Virus record (IMG/VR): IMGVR_UViG_3300037504_001229
Location: 26,580 to 90,579 of that record
Strand: one strand, 5' to 3'
DNA length: 64,000 bases
Origin: a virus
Below are positions 39,854-47,595 of the stretch, in pieces. The notes beneath the pieces are model-generated. The model saw only the letters and a program-made list of their open reading frames with translations. It had not been told where the DNA came from and did not search any database. Position 1 is the first letter of the stretch; every line of letters begins with the position of its first letter. The position numbers and the translations under genes are program-made.

Positions 39854-40588
39854 ATGCGGAAACCAGTTTTTATTTCCTGTGGTAAATGTAATAATGGATA
39901 TATCTATTCTTACGAAGATGGATATGAAAAAGTAACAAAATGTGACTGTCTTCTAAAATATCAAATACATGTTTATTTACAAACATATCTAAAAAAATCT
40001 AATATTCCCCTCTCAATTTTAAAATATTCTATAGATACTTATATAGGCCCAGATAAAGAAAATAACATTCCTAAACTTAAAAATATAGTAGAAAACTTTA
40101 AAAATGTATATAGTGATAAACTAATCTATTTTTACGGATCTACTGGAACTCAAAAAACTACTCTTGCCTGGTGGTTAGGAAGAGAACTTTTAAAAAAGAG
40201 AGTATCAGTATATTATTGTTTTATGAATGAACTTATCGAAGATCTAACAGAAGATAGATTTAGTGATGAGTCAAAACTAAGTAAATATAATGTAGATTGT
40301 TTAATAATAGATAGAGCATTCGATAAAGATCAAATGACTGTTTATAAAAGTGGATATCAACTTCCTTTTCTAGACAACTTTTTAAGAAAAAGAGTAGAAG
40401 TAGAGGAAAGATGTACAGTACTTGTATCTAATGTTCAAATTGATACAATAGCAGATCATAAAATGAATACAGACATAGAAGATTTTGTAAGGAGGAAAGT
40501 AATTCCATATAAAGATACATATTTTCATTTTAAAGACCATTATTCTCTTAAAGAAGACTTTGATAAACTTGAAATGTGGAGTCAATAA
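39854..40588 (+). CDS. DnaC/IstB-like helicase loader
   Basis: CGKC..CDC Zn site, GSTGTQKT, LIID; adjacent to helicase. Confidence 0.75.
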   Translation: MRKPVFISCGKCNNGYIYSYEDGYEKVTKCDCLLKYQIHVYLQTYLKKSNIPLSILKYSIDTYIGPDKENNIPKLKNIVENFKNVYSDKLIYFYGSTGTQKTTLAWWLGRELLKKRVSVYYCFMNELIEDLTEDRFSDESKLSKYNVDCLIIDRAFDKDQMTVYKSGYQLPFLDNFLRKRVEVEERCTVLVSNVQIDTIADHKMNTDIEDFVRRKVIPYKDTYFHFKDHYSLKEDFDKLEMWSQ

Positions 40589-40594
40589 CTAAGT

Positions 40595-42013
40595 ATGGGA
40601 GTAGAACAAGCACTAGTAACTCAAGAGCAGAATGTACTTGCAAGTTGTTTGAAAAACAGAGAATATATTTTAGATATAGATAAGAAGTATTTTGTTTCAG
40701 ACGAAGCAGAAGTACTATTTACTGATCTAAAAAATTTATCTCTTTCTGAACATTTTCAAAATAGAAAAATAACTGCAAGGGATCTATTTGTAGAAGTTAA
40801 CAAAAGAGGATACGATATAACTCTATCTCTTATTGAAAATCTATATAAACTAGATATAGAAGTTGACGAGAAAAGCTTTGAAAGATACTATAAAGAGTTA
40901 AAAACTCTATGGTTTCAGTTTGAAGTTAGTGAAAAAACTTTTAAGTCTGTTTTAGAGGAAACAAATAAAACTACTTCCTTTGATATAAATAAAGTAAAAG
41001 ATACTATAAGTAATATTAATGCATGTATAGAAGAAATAGAGGAAGAGTGTAGTGATGTTTATAACTTAAATAGACTCTTTGATTTCTATTGTGAAGAGTT
41101 GGAAAATAGAAATTCAAGACAACCATATGGAACTGGATGTGGCCATTTAGATAAGGAACTAACAGAGGGATTTGCCCCTGGATATATAACTATAATATTT
41201 GGTCCTTCGGGAGTAGGAAAGTCAGCATATGGATTATATCTTGTAAACAAACAAATAAATAAAATGATTCCTAACTTATATTTTAGTTTAGAAATGGGGC
41301 CAATATCAAATATGGATAGACTATGTGCTCAACGATTAGGAATAGACTATAAATACTTTTATCCAGATTATCATAATGACAAACCTATTCCAGATCATAT
41401 TGTAAACATGGTAAAAGAAGAAGCAGAAAAGTTAAAAAACTATAAACATTTTTATTACTTTGATTTGAGTAGTCCAACTTTAAGTGAAATAGAGTCATAT
41501 ATAATGAAGTATAAAAATAAAATGAATGTTGATAATCTTGTTGTTACAATAGATCTTCTGACAATGATATATGACTTTAATAAAAATACAGGAAATAGTC
41601 AGGCGTCAGTATATGAAAAAGCAATGAACGAAGTACACTTTATTGCAAAAAGAACTAATGCTCATATTGTAGGAGTAGTACAAGCAAGAAGACCTCAAGA
41701 AAAAGTAAAGATAAGATCTATAGATCAACTATTAAGATTTAGACCTGGAAAAGAGGAGTTAAAAAACTCAGGATCTATGGAAGAAAGGTCAAGGATTATT
41801 TTGGGAATATTCCGTCCTAAACACTTTGCAAATGTTTATCTCCCAGATTCACCAGAAACTCAAATACTAAGTGATACTATGGAAGTATCTGTACTTAAAC
41901 AAAATATGGGGGCTTTAAATAGAATAGAGTATTTATTTGATCCTAATAGATATAAACTAACTCCATATGAACGACCTGAAGAAGACCTATATCAAAGTGA
42001 AGAAGAAGAGTAA
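40595..42013 (+). CDS. DnaB-like replicative helicase
   Basis: GPSGVGKS, FSLEM, IDLL, VVQARR, KNSGSMEE. Confidence 0.88.
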   Translation: MGVEQALVTQEQNVLASCLKNREYILDIDKKYFVSDEAEVLFTDLKNLSLSEHFQNRKITARDLFVEVNKRGYDITLSLIENLYKLDIEVDEKSFERYYKELKTLWFQFEVSEKTFKSVLEETNKTTSFDINKVKDTISNINACIEEIEEECSDVYNLNRLFDFYCEELENRNSRQPYGTGCGHLDKELTEGFAPGYITIIFGPSGVGKSAYGLYLVNKQINKMIPNLYFSLEMGPISNMDRLCAQRLGIDYKYFYPDYHNDKPIPDHIVNMVKEEAEKLKNYKHFYYFDLSSPTLSEIESYIMKYKNKMNVDNLVVTIDLLTMIYDFNKNTGNSQASVYEKAMNEVHFIAKRTNAHIVGVVQARRPQEKVKIRSIDQLLRFRPGKEELKNSGSMEERSRIILGIFRPKHFANVYLPDSPETQILSDTMEVSVLKQNMGALNRIEYLFDPNRYKLTPYERPEEDLYQSEEEE

Positions 42014-42014
42014 A

Positions 42015-42060
42015 CTTTTTTCAAAAAATACTTTAAATTTTGAGCAAAAAAGTATATAAT
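42015..42060 (+). promoter_or_regulatory. repeated phage promoter, class A
   Basis: TTTAAA(42032)-17-TATAAT(42055). Confidence 0.8.
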
Positions 42061-42104
42061 AATAATAAATAGAAAAGAAAATCTTAAATATTGGGGGAAA
42101 TATT

Positions 42105-42959
42105 ATGCAAGATTTCAGTTCAGTTCAAGCAGTATCGGTTGCAGATGCTATTAAAGATGCATCTTTTCCGGTAGAACGAAGGCCTCTTATCACTCAGTCA
42201 GGACATCATTCAACAGAATATTCTATTGTACATCGTATTGATGAAAATATTGATTTAGGCCTTGTAAAAAAGACTCGACCTGAGATCAAACATGACAGTT
42301 TGATTAAATGGTTGATTCAAGATTTTGAAGATGCAGGACTCGATTATAAGCTTCGGGATTCTGTAGTTATGTCAAAAGGTGATCTTTATCAAGAATACAT
42401 CTTTGATCGAAAAGTAGACACTCCAGACAATAGTGATATGGCTCCTATGGCTTTAGTAAAGGCATCATATGTAGATGTTCCGCTGGAAGTATTCTTTGGA
42501 ACTTACAGGTTTGTTTGTTCTAATGGAGTTATTGTGGGGGAAACAATCAACAAGATTCGTGTAGCGCCTAATACACAAAACCTTCTTCAGTCAAGCATCA
42601 AAGATGAGATTAAGACTCGCCTTAGTGAGTTTAGTGAAGTCTCTAACTTGTATAAGAAGTTGGAAGACGAATCTTTTAATCCTTATCTTGACTTGTATCT
42701 TGCCGAAGTTTATCTTTCAGCAGGGTATAAAAAAGCAGTACTTCATGAACTTGAGAGGAATGGAAATATCGAAGTTTTGAAAGACAAGCTTCGAAACCCA
42801 GACTTTCAAGGTGATGTGTCAAAACTTTACAATGTACTTGACGAAATCACAGCATGGGAATTCTACAATATCGTAACTAATATTTTGACAATGAAGGCTC
42901 GTAGTGTTGGAGCAAGAAGTAGTGTATATCATACTGCTTCTAAGATCTTTGGCATCTAA
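42105..42959 (+). CDS. DUF932/DUF945-family protein
   Basis: YRFVCSNG motif, TAWEFYN. Confidence 0.7.
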   Translation: MQDFSSVQAVSVADAIKDASFPVERRPLITQSGHHSTEYSIVHRIDENIDLGLVKKTRPEIKHDSLIKWLIQDFEDAGLDYKLRDSVVMSKGDLYQEYIFDRKVDTPDNSDMAPMALVKASYVDVPLEVFFGTYRFVCSNGVIVGETINKIRVAPNTQNLLQSSIKDEIKTRLSEFSEVSNLYKKLEDESFNPYLDLYLAEVYLSAGYKKAVLHELERNGNIEVLKDKLRNPDFQGDVSKLYNVLDEITAWEFYNIVTNILTMKARSVGARSSVYHTASKIFGI

Positions 42960-42977
42960 TAGAGAAGGATAAAGAGT

Positions 42978-43050
42978 GGGGCTATACGTATAATGGCTAG
43001 TACATCTGACTTTCGATCAGAAGATCCCGGTTCGATTCCGGGTAGCCCTA
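42978..43050 (+). tRNA. tRNA-Glu(TTC)
   Basis: anticodon arm tctga-ctTTCga-tcaga, T arm cccgg-ttcgatt-ccggg. Confidence 0.9.
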
Positions 43051-43057
43051 TAGAAAA

Positions 43058-43102
43058 TTTTTTCAAAAAATACTTTAAATTTTATTCAAAAAAGTATATA
43101 AT
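43058..43102 (+). promoter_or_regulatory. repeated phage promoter, class A
   Basis: TTTAAA(43074)-17-TATAAT(43097). Confidence 0.8.
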
Positions 43103-43122
43103 ATATATAGAGGAGAAAGAAA

Positions 43123-43275
43123 ATGATAAAAATAAGTAGAGCAGTATCAGGGCGTAATATACCGGGGTTTAAAGACTATTGGAGACCAAAGTTGTTAAAT
43201 TCCATATCTAGAAAAGCAACTGATCCAAAAATCTATGCTTGGCTATGGTGGAACATACTAATAAAGAGGGGATGA
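43123..43275 (+). CDS. small hypothetical protein (50 aa, not in ORF track)
   Basis: GAGGAG RBS; MIKISRAVSGRNIPG...WLWWNILIKRG*. Confidence 0.55.
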   Translation: MIKISRAVSGRNIPGFKDYWRPKLLNSISRKATDPKIYAWLWWNILIKRG

Positions 43276-43348
43276 GAGTGGCTTCGACTTTTTCTAAGAC
43301 CCGCAAAGGGTACGAGAAAGGAACTGGGTTCGACCCCCAGCATCTCCA
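43268..43348 (+). ncRNA. mini-tmRNA: tRNA-like domain only
   Basis: GGGGATG/CATCTCC acceptor stem with G3.U70 and A73, stemless D loop ending TTCGAC, T arm ctggg-ttcgacc-cccag; P2 capped by a short hairpin. Confidence 0.75.
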
Positions 43349-43398
43349 AAGGCTACGTTGTAGCTGGCAAATATTTTATTTAAATGGAGGACATTATT

Positions 43399-43800
43399 AT
43401 GTCTAACAAAATTGATTTCATTAGTGCACGGGCTGAAAGTATCTGCAAGGGAAAGGGTCGTGTCCATGGAGATTTCTACTTTCAGTATTCTACCAAGTCC
43501 CCAAAAAATAGGAACGGGGTTATGAATGTTTATATGAGCCCCGCTATTGCTAAAGCAGCTGATCTTAGGGAAAATGATATGGTAGATTGTGGCTTTCACC
43601 CTAAGACTGGAAAAGTTGTAGTAGCAAGGATTACTGACAAAAATCAGAGGCATTCACTTCTTAGGTATACTCCTAACAATAAGAGACTACGGTTTTCCTT
43701 TACACCGAGTGAGGAGTTTGTTAAAAGATTGTTTCCTAACGGTGAAACAATTTATGAACCTTCTAAGGTTCAGCCTAATCATGAGTTTATTCTCATTTAG
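43399..43800 (+). CDS. hypothetical protein
   Basis: GGAGG RBS favours start at 43399 rather than 43384. Confidence 0.65.
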   Translation: MSNKIDFISARAESICKGKGRVHGDFYFQYSTKSPKNRNGVMNVYMSPAIAKAADLRENDMVDCGFHPKTGKVVVARITDKNQRHSLLRYTPNNKRLRFSFTPSEEFVKRLFPNGETIYEPSKVQPNHEFILI

Positions 43801-43818
43801 GAAATAGGTTATTATGCG

Positions 43819-43973
43819 GCAGGATTCCACGGAGGAAGGTCGGGGCATTGATGCCCTAATATGTGCGACCCACTTCAGATACAGTGGAGCGGAGGCGAAA
43901 GCAAAGATGTGACGAAGCTGTATACAGTGAAACCCTTCGATAGTTTATAGTAGTTTATTTCTTGGGATCCTGC
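43819..43973 (+). ncRNA. unclassified structured RNA in tRNA cluster
   Basis: closing stem gcaggattcc/gggatcctgc; internal ggtcg/cgacc, gggca/tgccc, ccact/agtgg, gaagg/ccttc. Confidence 0.55.
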
Positions 43974-43982
43974 TTTATTATT

Positions 43983-44055
43983 TGGTCTGTAGCTGAGTTG
44001 GTACAGCACCTGACTGTTAATCAGGAGATCGATAGTTCGAGTCTATCCAGACCAG
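43983..44055 (+). tRNA. tRNA-Asn(GTT)
   Basis: cctga-ctGTTaa-tcagg; acceptor tggtctg/cagacca. Confidence 0.92.
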
Positions 44056-44072
44056 ATAGGAGTTTTTCATGA

Positions 44073-44474
44073 ATGAAAAAACTTATTGAATGGATAAAAA
44101 ATGCACCTTTAGAAGAACTTACAAAAGAATTAGAATCATGTGGAGTTGAATTTATGGAAGAAAAAAAATATGTAACGATTACTTTAAACTTAGAGTTAAA
44201 ACTTATACATCAATTGTATGGATTTGCTATTGCATACAACACTACAATAGATGAAGTAATAAATATGATGCTAAAAGAATATATAGAAAAGCATCCTATA
44301 AAAGGAGAAGTTAATAAAAAAGGAATAGAAATTTGTGAATGGAAATGGGATGAGTCATTACGTAGAGGATATGGGGGGTATAAAACTTCTTGTGGGGTTA
44401 TTTCTTCCCATTCAAATTTTCCTTCTTATAATTGTAGGTTTTGTGGTAGAGAAAAAAGGGAAATAGAAAATTAG
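44073..44474 (+). CDS. hypothetical protein (possible RHH-like middle, Zn finger end)
   Basis: C-terminal CRFCG. Confidence 0.55.
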   Translation: MKKLIEWIKNAPLEELTKELESCGVEFMEEKKYVTITLNLELKLIHQLYGFAIAYNTTIDEVINMMLKEYIEKHPIKGEVNKKGIEICEWKWDESLRRGYGGYKTSCGVISSHSNFPSYNCRFCGREKREIEN

Positions 44475-44550
44475 GCCCCATAGCTCAGTGGAATTAAAGA
44501 GCAGTTGACTTCTAATCAACAGGTCGAAGGTTCGAGTCCTTCTGGGGTCG
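44474..44550 (+). tRNA. tRNA-Arg(TCT)
   Basis: gttga-ctTCTaa-tcaac; acceptor ggcccca/tggggtc. Confidence 0.92.
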
Positions 44551-44738
44551 AAAAAGAATAAAAATATAGATTATTTAAAATAATAGAGGTTAAAAAATTA
44601 TGTTACATAAAAAGATTACAATTGAAGAAATAAGAAAATCAATAGAAAATCAACTTGAAGAAATCATTGAGATGCATAAGAAAATACGTGCTGGCACATA
44701 CAAACCAGAGTCAAAAGTCGATGTGATAGGAGAAAAAA

Positions 44739-44951
44739 ATGTTACATGAGAAAATGACGAGAGAGGAAGTTTATAAAAATGGAGATTTAATTATTGAAAG
44801 AATTGCTGATGTAATTTTTAATCCTAAATATGATACAGAGGATTCAGATTATGCAGTACAACTATTTTTTGAATATATTATAAATTTTCAGGATAGTTAT
44901 ACAAAAGATGATCTTAAACTAGCATTATATAGTCTTTGGAATAAATACTAA
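44739..44951 (+). CDS. hypothetical protein
   Basis: AGGAG RBS. Confidence 0.55.
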   Translation: MLHEKMTREEVYKNGDLIIERIADVIFNPKYDTEDSDYAVQLFFEYIINFQDSYTKDDLKLALYSLWNKY

Positions 44952-44963
44952 TGAATAATTTTA

Positions 44964-45173
44964 ATGGAGGAAAAAATGAAAGAACAAATTGATCAAGTAA
45001 TTCAATTTGCTAATTTAGCAGCAGAATCTGCTATAACTAATAAGATACCTAGTGTAACTGCAAAACTTGCTAAAGAGTATTTTAAAGAGTTTAAGGAAGT
45101 TGGGTTTAACGAGAAACAAGCATTTATTATGGTTAAGGAACTTATAAGCCAAGGAATTTTTCCTAGGGAGTAA
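44964..45173 (+). CDS. hypothetical protein
   Basis: ORF; start may be the second Met after GGAGG. Confidence 0.55.
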   Translation: MEEKMKEQIDQVIQFANLAAESAITNKIPSVTAKLAKEYFKEFKEVGFNEKQAFIMVKELISQGIFPRE

Positions 45174-45180
45174 ACGATAT

Positions 45181-45267
45181 GCCCAAGTGATGGAATGGGA
45201 TACATGCCAGACTTAAAATCTGGTGCTCATAATATAGAGATTGGGGGTTCAAATCCCTCCTTGGGCA
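45181..45267 (+). tRNA. tRNA-Leu(TAA)
   Basis: ccaga-ctTAAaa-tctgg; long variable arm. Confidence 0.92.
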
Positions 45268-45277
45268 ATAAGTGTAA

Positions 45278-45349
45278 GGATCATTAGTTCAGAAGTTAGA
45301 ACAGAGGATTGTCGATCCTCAGACACGAGTTCGATTCTCGTATGGTCCG
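45278..45349 (+). tRNA. tRNA-Asp(GTC)
   Basis: gagga-ttGTCga-tcctc. Confidence 0.9.
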
Positions 45350-45353
45350 ATAA

Positions 45354-45438
45354 GGGAAGTTGGCAGAGTGGTCAATTGCACCAGACTGTAAATCTGGCGT
45401 CCTAACGGGCTACGAAGGTTCGAATCCTTCACTTCCCA
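45354..45438 (+). tRNA. tRNA-Tyr(GTA)
   Basis: ccaga-ctGTAaa-tctgg; long variable arm. Confidence 0.93.
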
Positions 45439-45466
45439 ATAAAAAATTTTTATAAGGAGAAAGAAA

Positions 45467-45643
45467 ATGGATACGGAAGTTTCGTTGGAAGTAGAACTTA
45501 CAGATGGAACCGAAAGGAGCTACAGTAGTGTGAAAGGTTTTAAGATCGAGTATACAGGATCGTTATTGTCTTTCAAGTTTAACGGAATAACTTATTACAT
45601 TCCTACTTGTAATATAGTTTGTTTTAAAACAGAAAAAGTTTAA
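45467..45643 (+). CDS. small hypothetical protein (58 aa, not in ORF track)
   Basis: AAGGAG RBS; MDTEVSLEVELTDG...FKTEKV*. Confidence 0.6.
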   Translation: MDTEVSLEVELTDGTERSYSSVKGFKIEYTGSLLSFKFNGITYYIPTCNIVCFKTEKV

Positions 45644-45649
45644 AAAGTT

Positions 45650-45720
45650 TGACCTATCGTATAATGGTAGTACACAGGGTTTTGGTCCCTGAGGTGGTGG
45701 TTCGATTCCATCTAGGTCAG
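45650..45720 (+). tRNA. tRNA-Gln(TTG)
   Basis: caggg-ttTTGgt-ccctg; U1-A72. Confidence 0.92.
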
Positions 45721-45844
45721 TATTTGCATAGATAATACCTAGGCAATTTTATTTATGTAGATAATGCTTATAGTACCGAGGGGAATATGGGCGGTAGGGA
45801 ATGGAGAGGTAGCTCCTTTCGAGTAGGTACTATATAGTATTTTT

Positions 45845-45919
45845 GGGCATTTAGCTCAGTATGGTAGTAGCAACGCCCTTTTAAGGCGTAGGTCCTAGGT
45901 TCAAATCCTAGAGTGCTCA
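45845..45919 (+). tRNA. tRNA-Lys(TTT)
   Basis: acgcc-ctTTTaa-ggcgt. Confidence 0.92.
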
Positions 45920-45923
45920 ATAT

Positions 45924-45994
45924 CTCCTGATAACCAAGTGGTAAGGTGATAGATTGCAAATCTATTTTCGTAGGTTCAATTCCTACTCAGGAGT
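45924..45994 (+). tRNA. tRNA-Cys(GCA)
   Basis: ataga-ttGCAaa-tctat; U73. Confidence 0.9.
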
Positions 45995-46067
45995 TTAATG
46001 TAACATTATAAATTGTAATGTAACATCTATGATGTTAATAAGTAAAAAATAATGTTAAGGAGGAAAT

Positions 46068-46427
46068 ATGGGATTAAATATTTTTGGTTCTAATTGCAAA
46101 TGTAATTCGGTACCTTTTACAACTGTGGACAAAATTTCTAATGTAACAGGTAATCCTAATCCTAGAAACTTTGAGATTATTAAACTTAAAGAAATAGGAA
46201 AGTTTACTATAGCAGAAATTAAATACCCTGATTGTAATAATTATGAAGGACACAAAATATTATTATTTTATAATGTTAGAGAAGAGACAATTAGAAACTA
46301 TGATTTTTTAGACCCTCATTTTTGTGATAATAAAAAACATCTTTCTCCTATTGCAAGATTTGATCCTGAAATAGGTTGGAAGATGGCAAAGTTTTTTGCA
46401 GAGAAATTTATGGAAGAGTTAAACTAA
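46068..46427 (+). CDS. conserved phage hypothetical protein
   Basis: NPNPRNF, YPDCNNYEG, LDPHF, SPIARF. Confidence 0.65.
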   Translation: MGLNIFGSNCKCNSVPFTTVDKISNVTGNPNPRNFEIIKLKEIGKFTIAEIKYPDCNNYEGHKILLFYNVREETIRNYDFLDPHFCDNKKHLSPIARFDPEIGWKMAKFFAEKFMEELN

Positions 46428-46435
46428 TATATTAT

Positions 46436-46508
46436 GCCCCTTTCGTATAATGGCTATTATAAGGGATTTCCAATCCAAAGATATCAGTTCAATTCCTACT
46501 CAGGAGTT
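46436..46508 (+). pseudogene. chimeric pseudo-tRNA (Gly-TCC 5' part + tRNA-Cys 3' end)
   Basis: D arm and TCC loop present, but 46487-46508 is identical to tRNA-Cys 45974-45995; acceptor and T stems do not pair. Confidence 0.75.
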
Positions 46509-46522
46509 AAAGGAGAACAAAA

Positions 46523-46666
46523 ATGAATAGAGAAGAAAAGAAATCTAAATATTTTTGTAGTACTTGTAGAAGAGAAGTAGATGATCCTCATAAAGATGTT
46601 AATGGAAAGGTTATTATTTTCCGTTGTCCTTTATGTGGGGAAGAAGTGGGGAGAAGAATGAAATGA
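46523..46666 (+). CDS. small Zn-ribbon protein (47 aa, not in ORF track)
   Basis: AGGAG RBS; CSTC...CPLCG. Confidence 0.6.
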   Translation: MNREEKKSKYFCSTCRREVDDPHKDVNGKVIIFRCPLCGEEVGRRMK

Positions 46667-47109
46667 AACTTGTTAAACCAATAGAAGTAGAATATATAGA
46701 TTGTAAACCTGTATCTTCTGCTGATGCTAAACGAATACTAGAATATGATGTTCCAGATATGATTAAAATTGCAGAAGAACATGAGGGAGTAGGATTGGCT
46801 GCACCTCAAGTAGGAATAAGGAAAAGATTTTTTGTAATGAAATTTAACGAAGAGTGGAGAACTTTTTTTAATCCCACTTTAGTAAAAATAGATAATACTA
46901 AAATAAAGGATAAGGAAGGATGTCTTAACTACGAAAAAGGAAAAAAGTTTGTAGAAGTTAAGAGATTTAAAAGAGTTATGCTTATATATGAAGAATGGAG
47001 TAGTGTAAAAGAAACACTAGTAAAAAGAAAGGGAACCTTTTTTGATTTTGATGCAAGAGTAGTTCAACATGAGGTAGATCATTTAAATGGGAAAACTATA
47101 TTTGTATAA
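46663..47109 (+). CDS. def: peptide deformylase
   Basis: GVGLAAPQVG, EGCL, QHEVDH; ATG at 46663 overlaps the upstream stop. Confidence 0.93.
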   Translation: MKLVKPIEVEYIDCKPVSSADAKRILEYDVPDMIKIAEEHEGVGLAAPQVGIRKRFFVMKFNEEWRTFFNPTLVKIDNTKIKDKEGCLNYEKGKKFVEVKRFKRVMLIYEEWSSVKETLVKRKGTFFDFDARVVQHEVDHLNGKTIFV

Positions 47110-47180
47110 GTCAGTATGGTGTAATGGTAACATTAGAGATTTCCAATCTCAAGCTGAGGGTTCAATTCCCTCTACTGACT
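47110..47180 (+). tRNA. tRNA-Gly(TCC)
   Basis: gaga-ttTCCaa-tctc; acceptor gtcagta/tactgac. Confidence 0.88.
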
Positions 47181-47181
47181 T

Positions 47182-47253
47182 TGTAGGGTAGAGCAGTGGT
47201 AGCTTATCGGTCTCATAAGCCGATGGTCGCTGGTTCGAATCCAGCCCCTGCAA
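47182..47253 (+). tRNA. tRNA-Met(CAT), initiator-like
   Basis: tcggt-ctCATaa-gccga; overall similarity to tRNA-fMet. Confidence 0.85.
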
Positions 47254-47254
47254 A

Positions 47255-47373
47255 AGAGTAGTTTTTGAGGTTTGCATGTTTCCGTGAGTAAAACCGGGTT
47301 TCACCTAAAGGGTAGCCTAAAGCTTGATCAACTTTAGGAAAAAGACATGAACCTAAAGTACCCTAACTACTCT
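47255..47373 (+). ncRNA. unclassified structured RNA between tRNA-Met and tRNA-Thr
   Basis: agagtagtt/aactactct, aggtt+catgttt/agacatg+aacct, cctaaag/ctttagg. Confidence 0.55.
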
Positions 47374-47378
47374 TATAT

Positions 47379-47450
47379 GCCCTTTAAGCATAAATGGTAA
47401 TGCACTGGACTTGTAATCCTGGTAAGGGGGTTCGATTCCCTCAAAGGGCT
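47379..47450 (+). tRNA. tRNA-Thr(TGT)
   Basis: ctgga-ctTGTaa-tcctg; acceptor gcccttt/aaagggc. Confidence 0.88.
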
Positions 47451-47452
47451 CT

Positions 47453-47525
47453 GTGACCATAGCTCAGGCGGAAGAGCAGAAGATTGTGATTCTTCAGGTC
47501 GGGGGTTCGATTCCCCTTGGTCACC
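47453..47525 (+). tRNA. tRNA-His(GTG)
   Basis: gaaga-ttGTGat-tcttc; C73. Confidence 0.9.
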
Positions 47526-47541
47526 TAAAAAATTTTTTGTT

Positions 47542-47573
47542 TACTTTAAAACTAATAGAAAAAAGTATATAAT
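47542..47573 (+). promoter_or_regulatory. repeated phage promoter, class A
   Basis: TTTAAA(47545)-17-TATAAT(47568). Confidence 0.75.
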
Positions 47574-47595
47574 ATAAATAGGAGGATGAGTAAAT

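Noticed and set aside
10294-42013. Inteins or introns in polymerase, terminase or helicase
   Set aside because: ORFs are continuous and of ordinary length, with no intein splice motifs recognised.
43819-43973. Firm call as RNase P RNA or hammerhead ribozyme
   Set aside because: CR-V/P4 partner not found and hammerhead C3 is absent; kept only as an unclassified RNA.
46624-46662. N-terminal extension of peptide deformylase in the ORF track
   Set aside because: This stretch belongs to the upstream Zn-ribbon ORF in another frame; ATG 46663 is the more plausible start.
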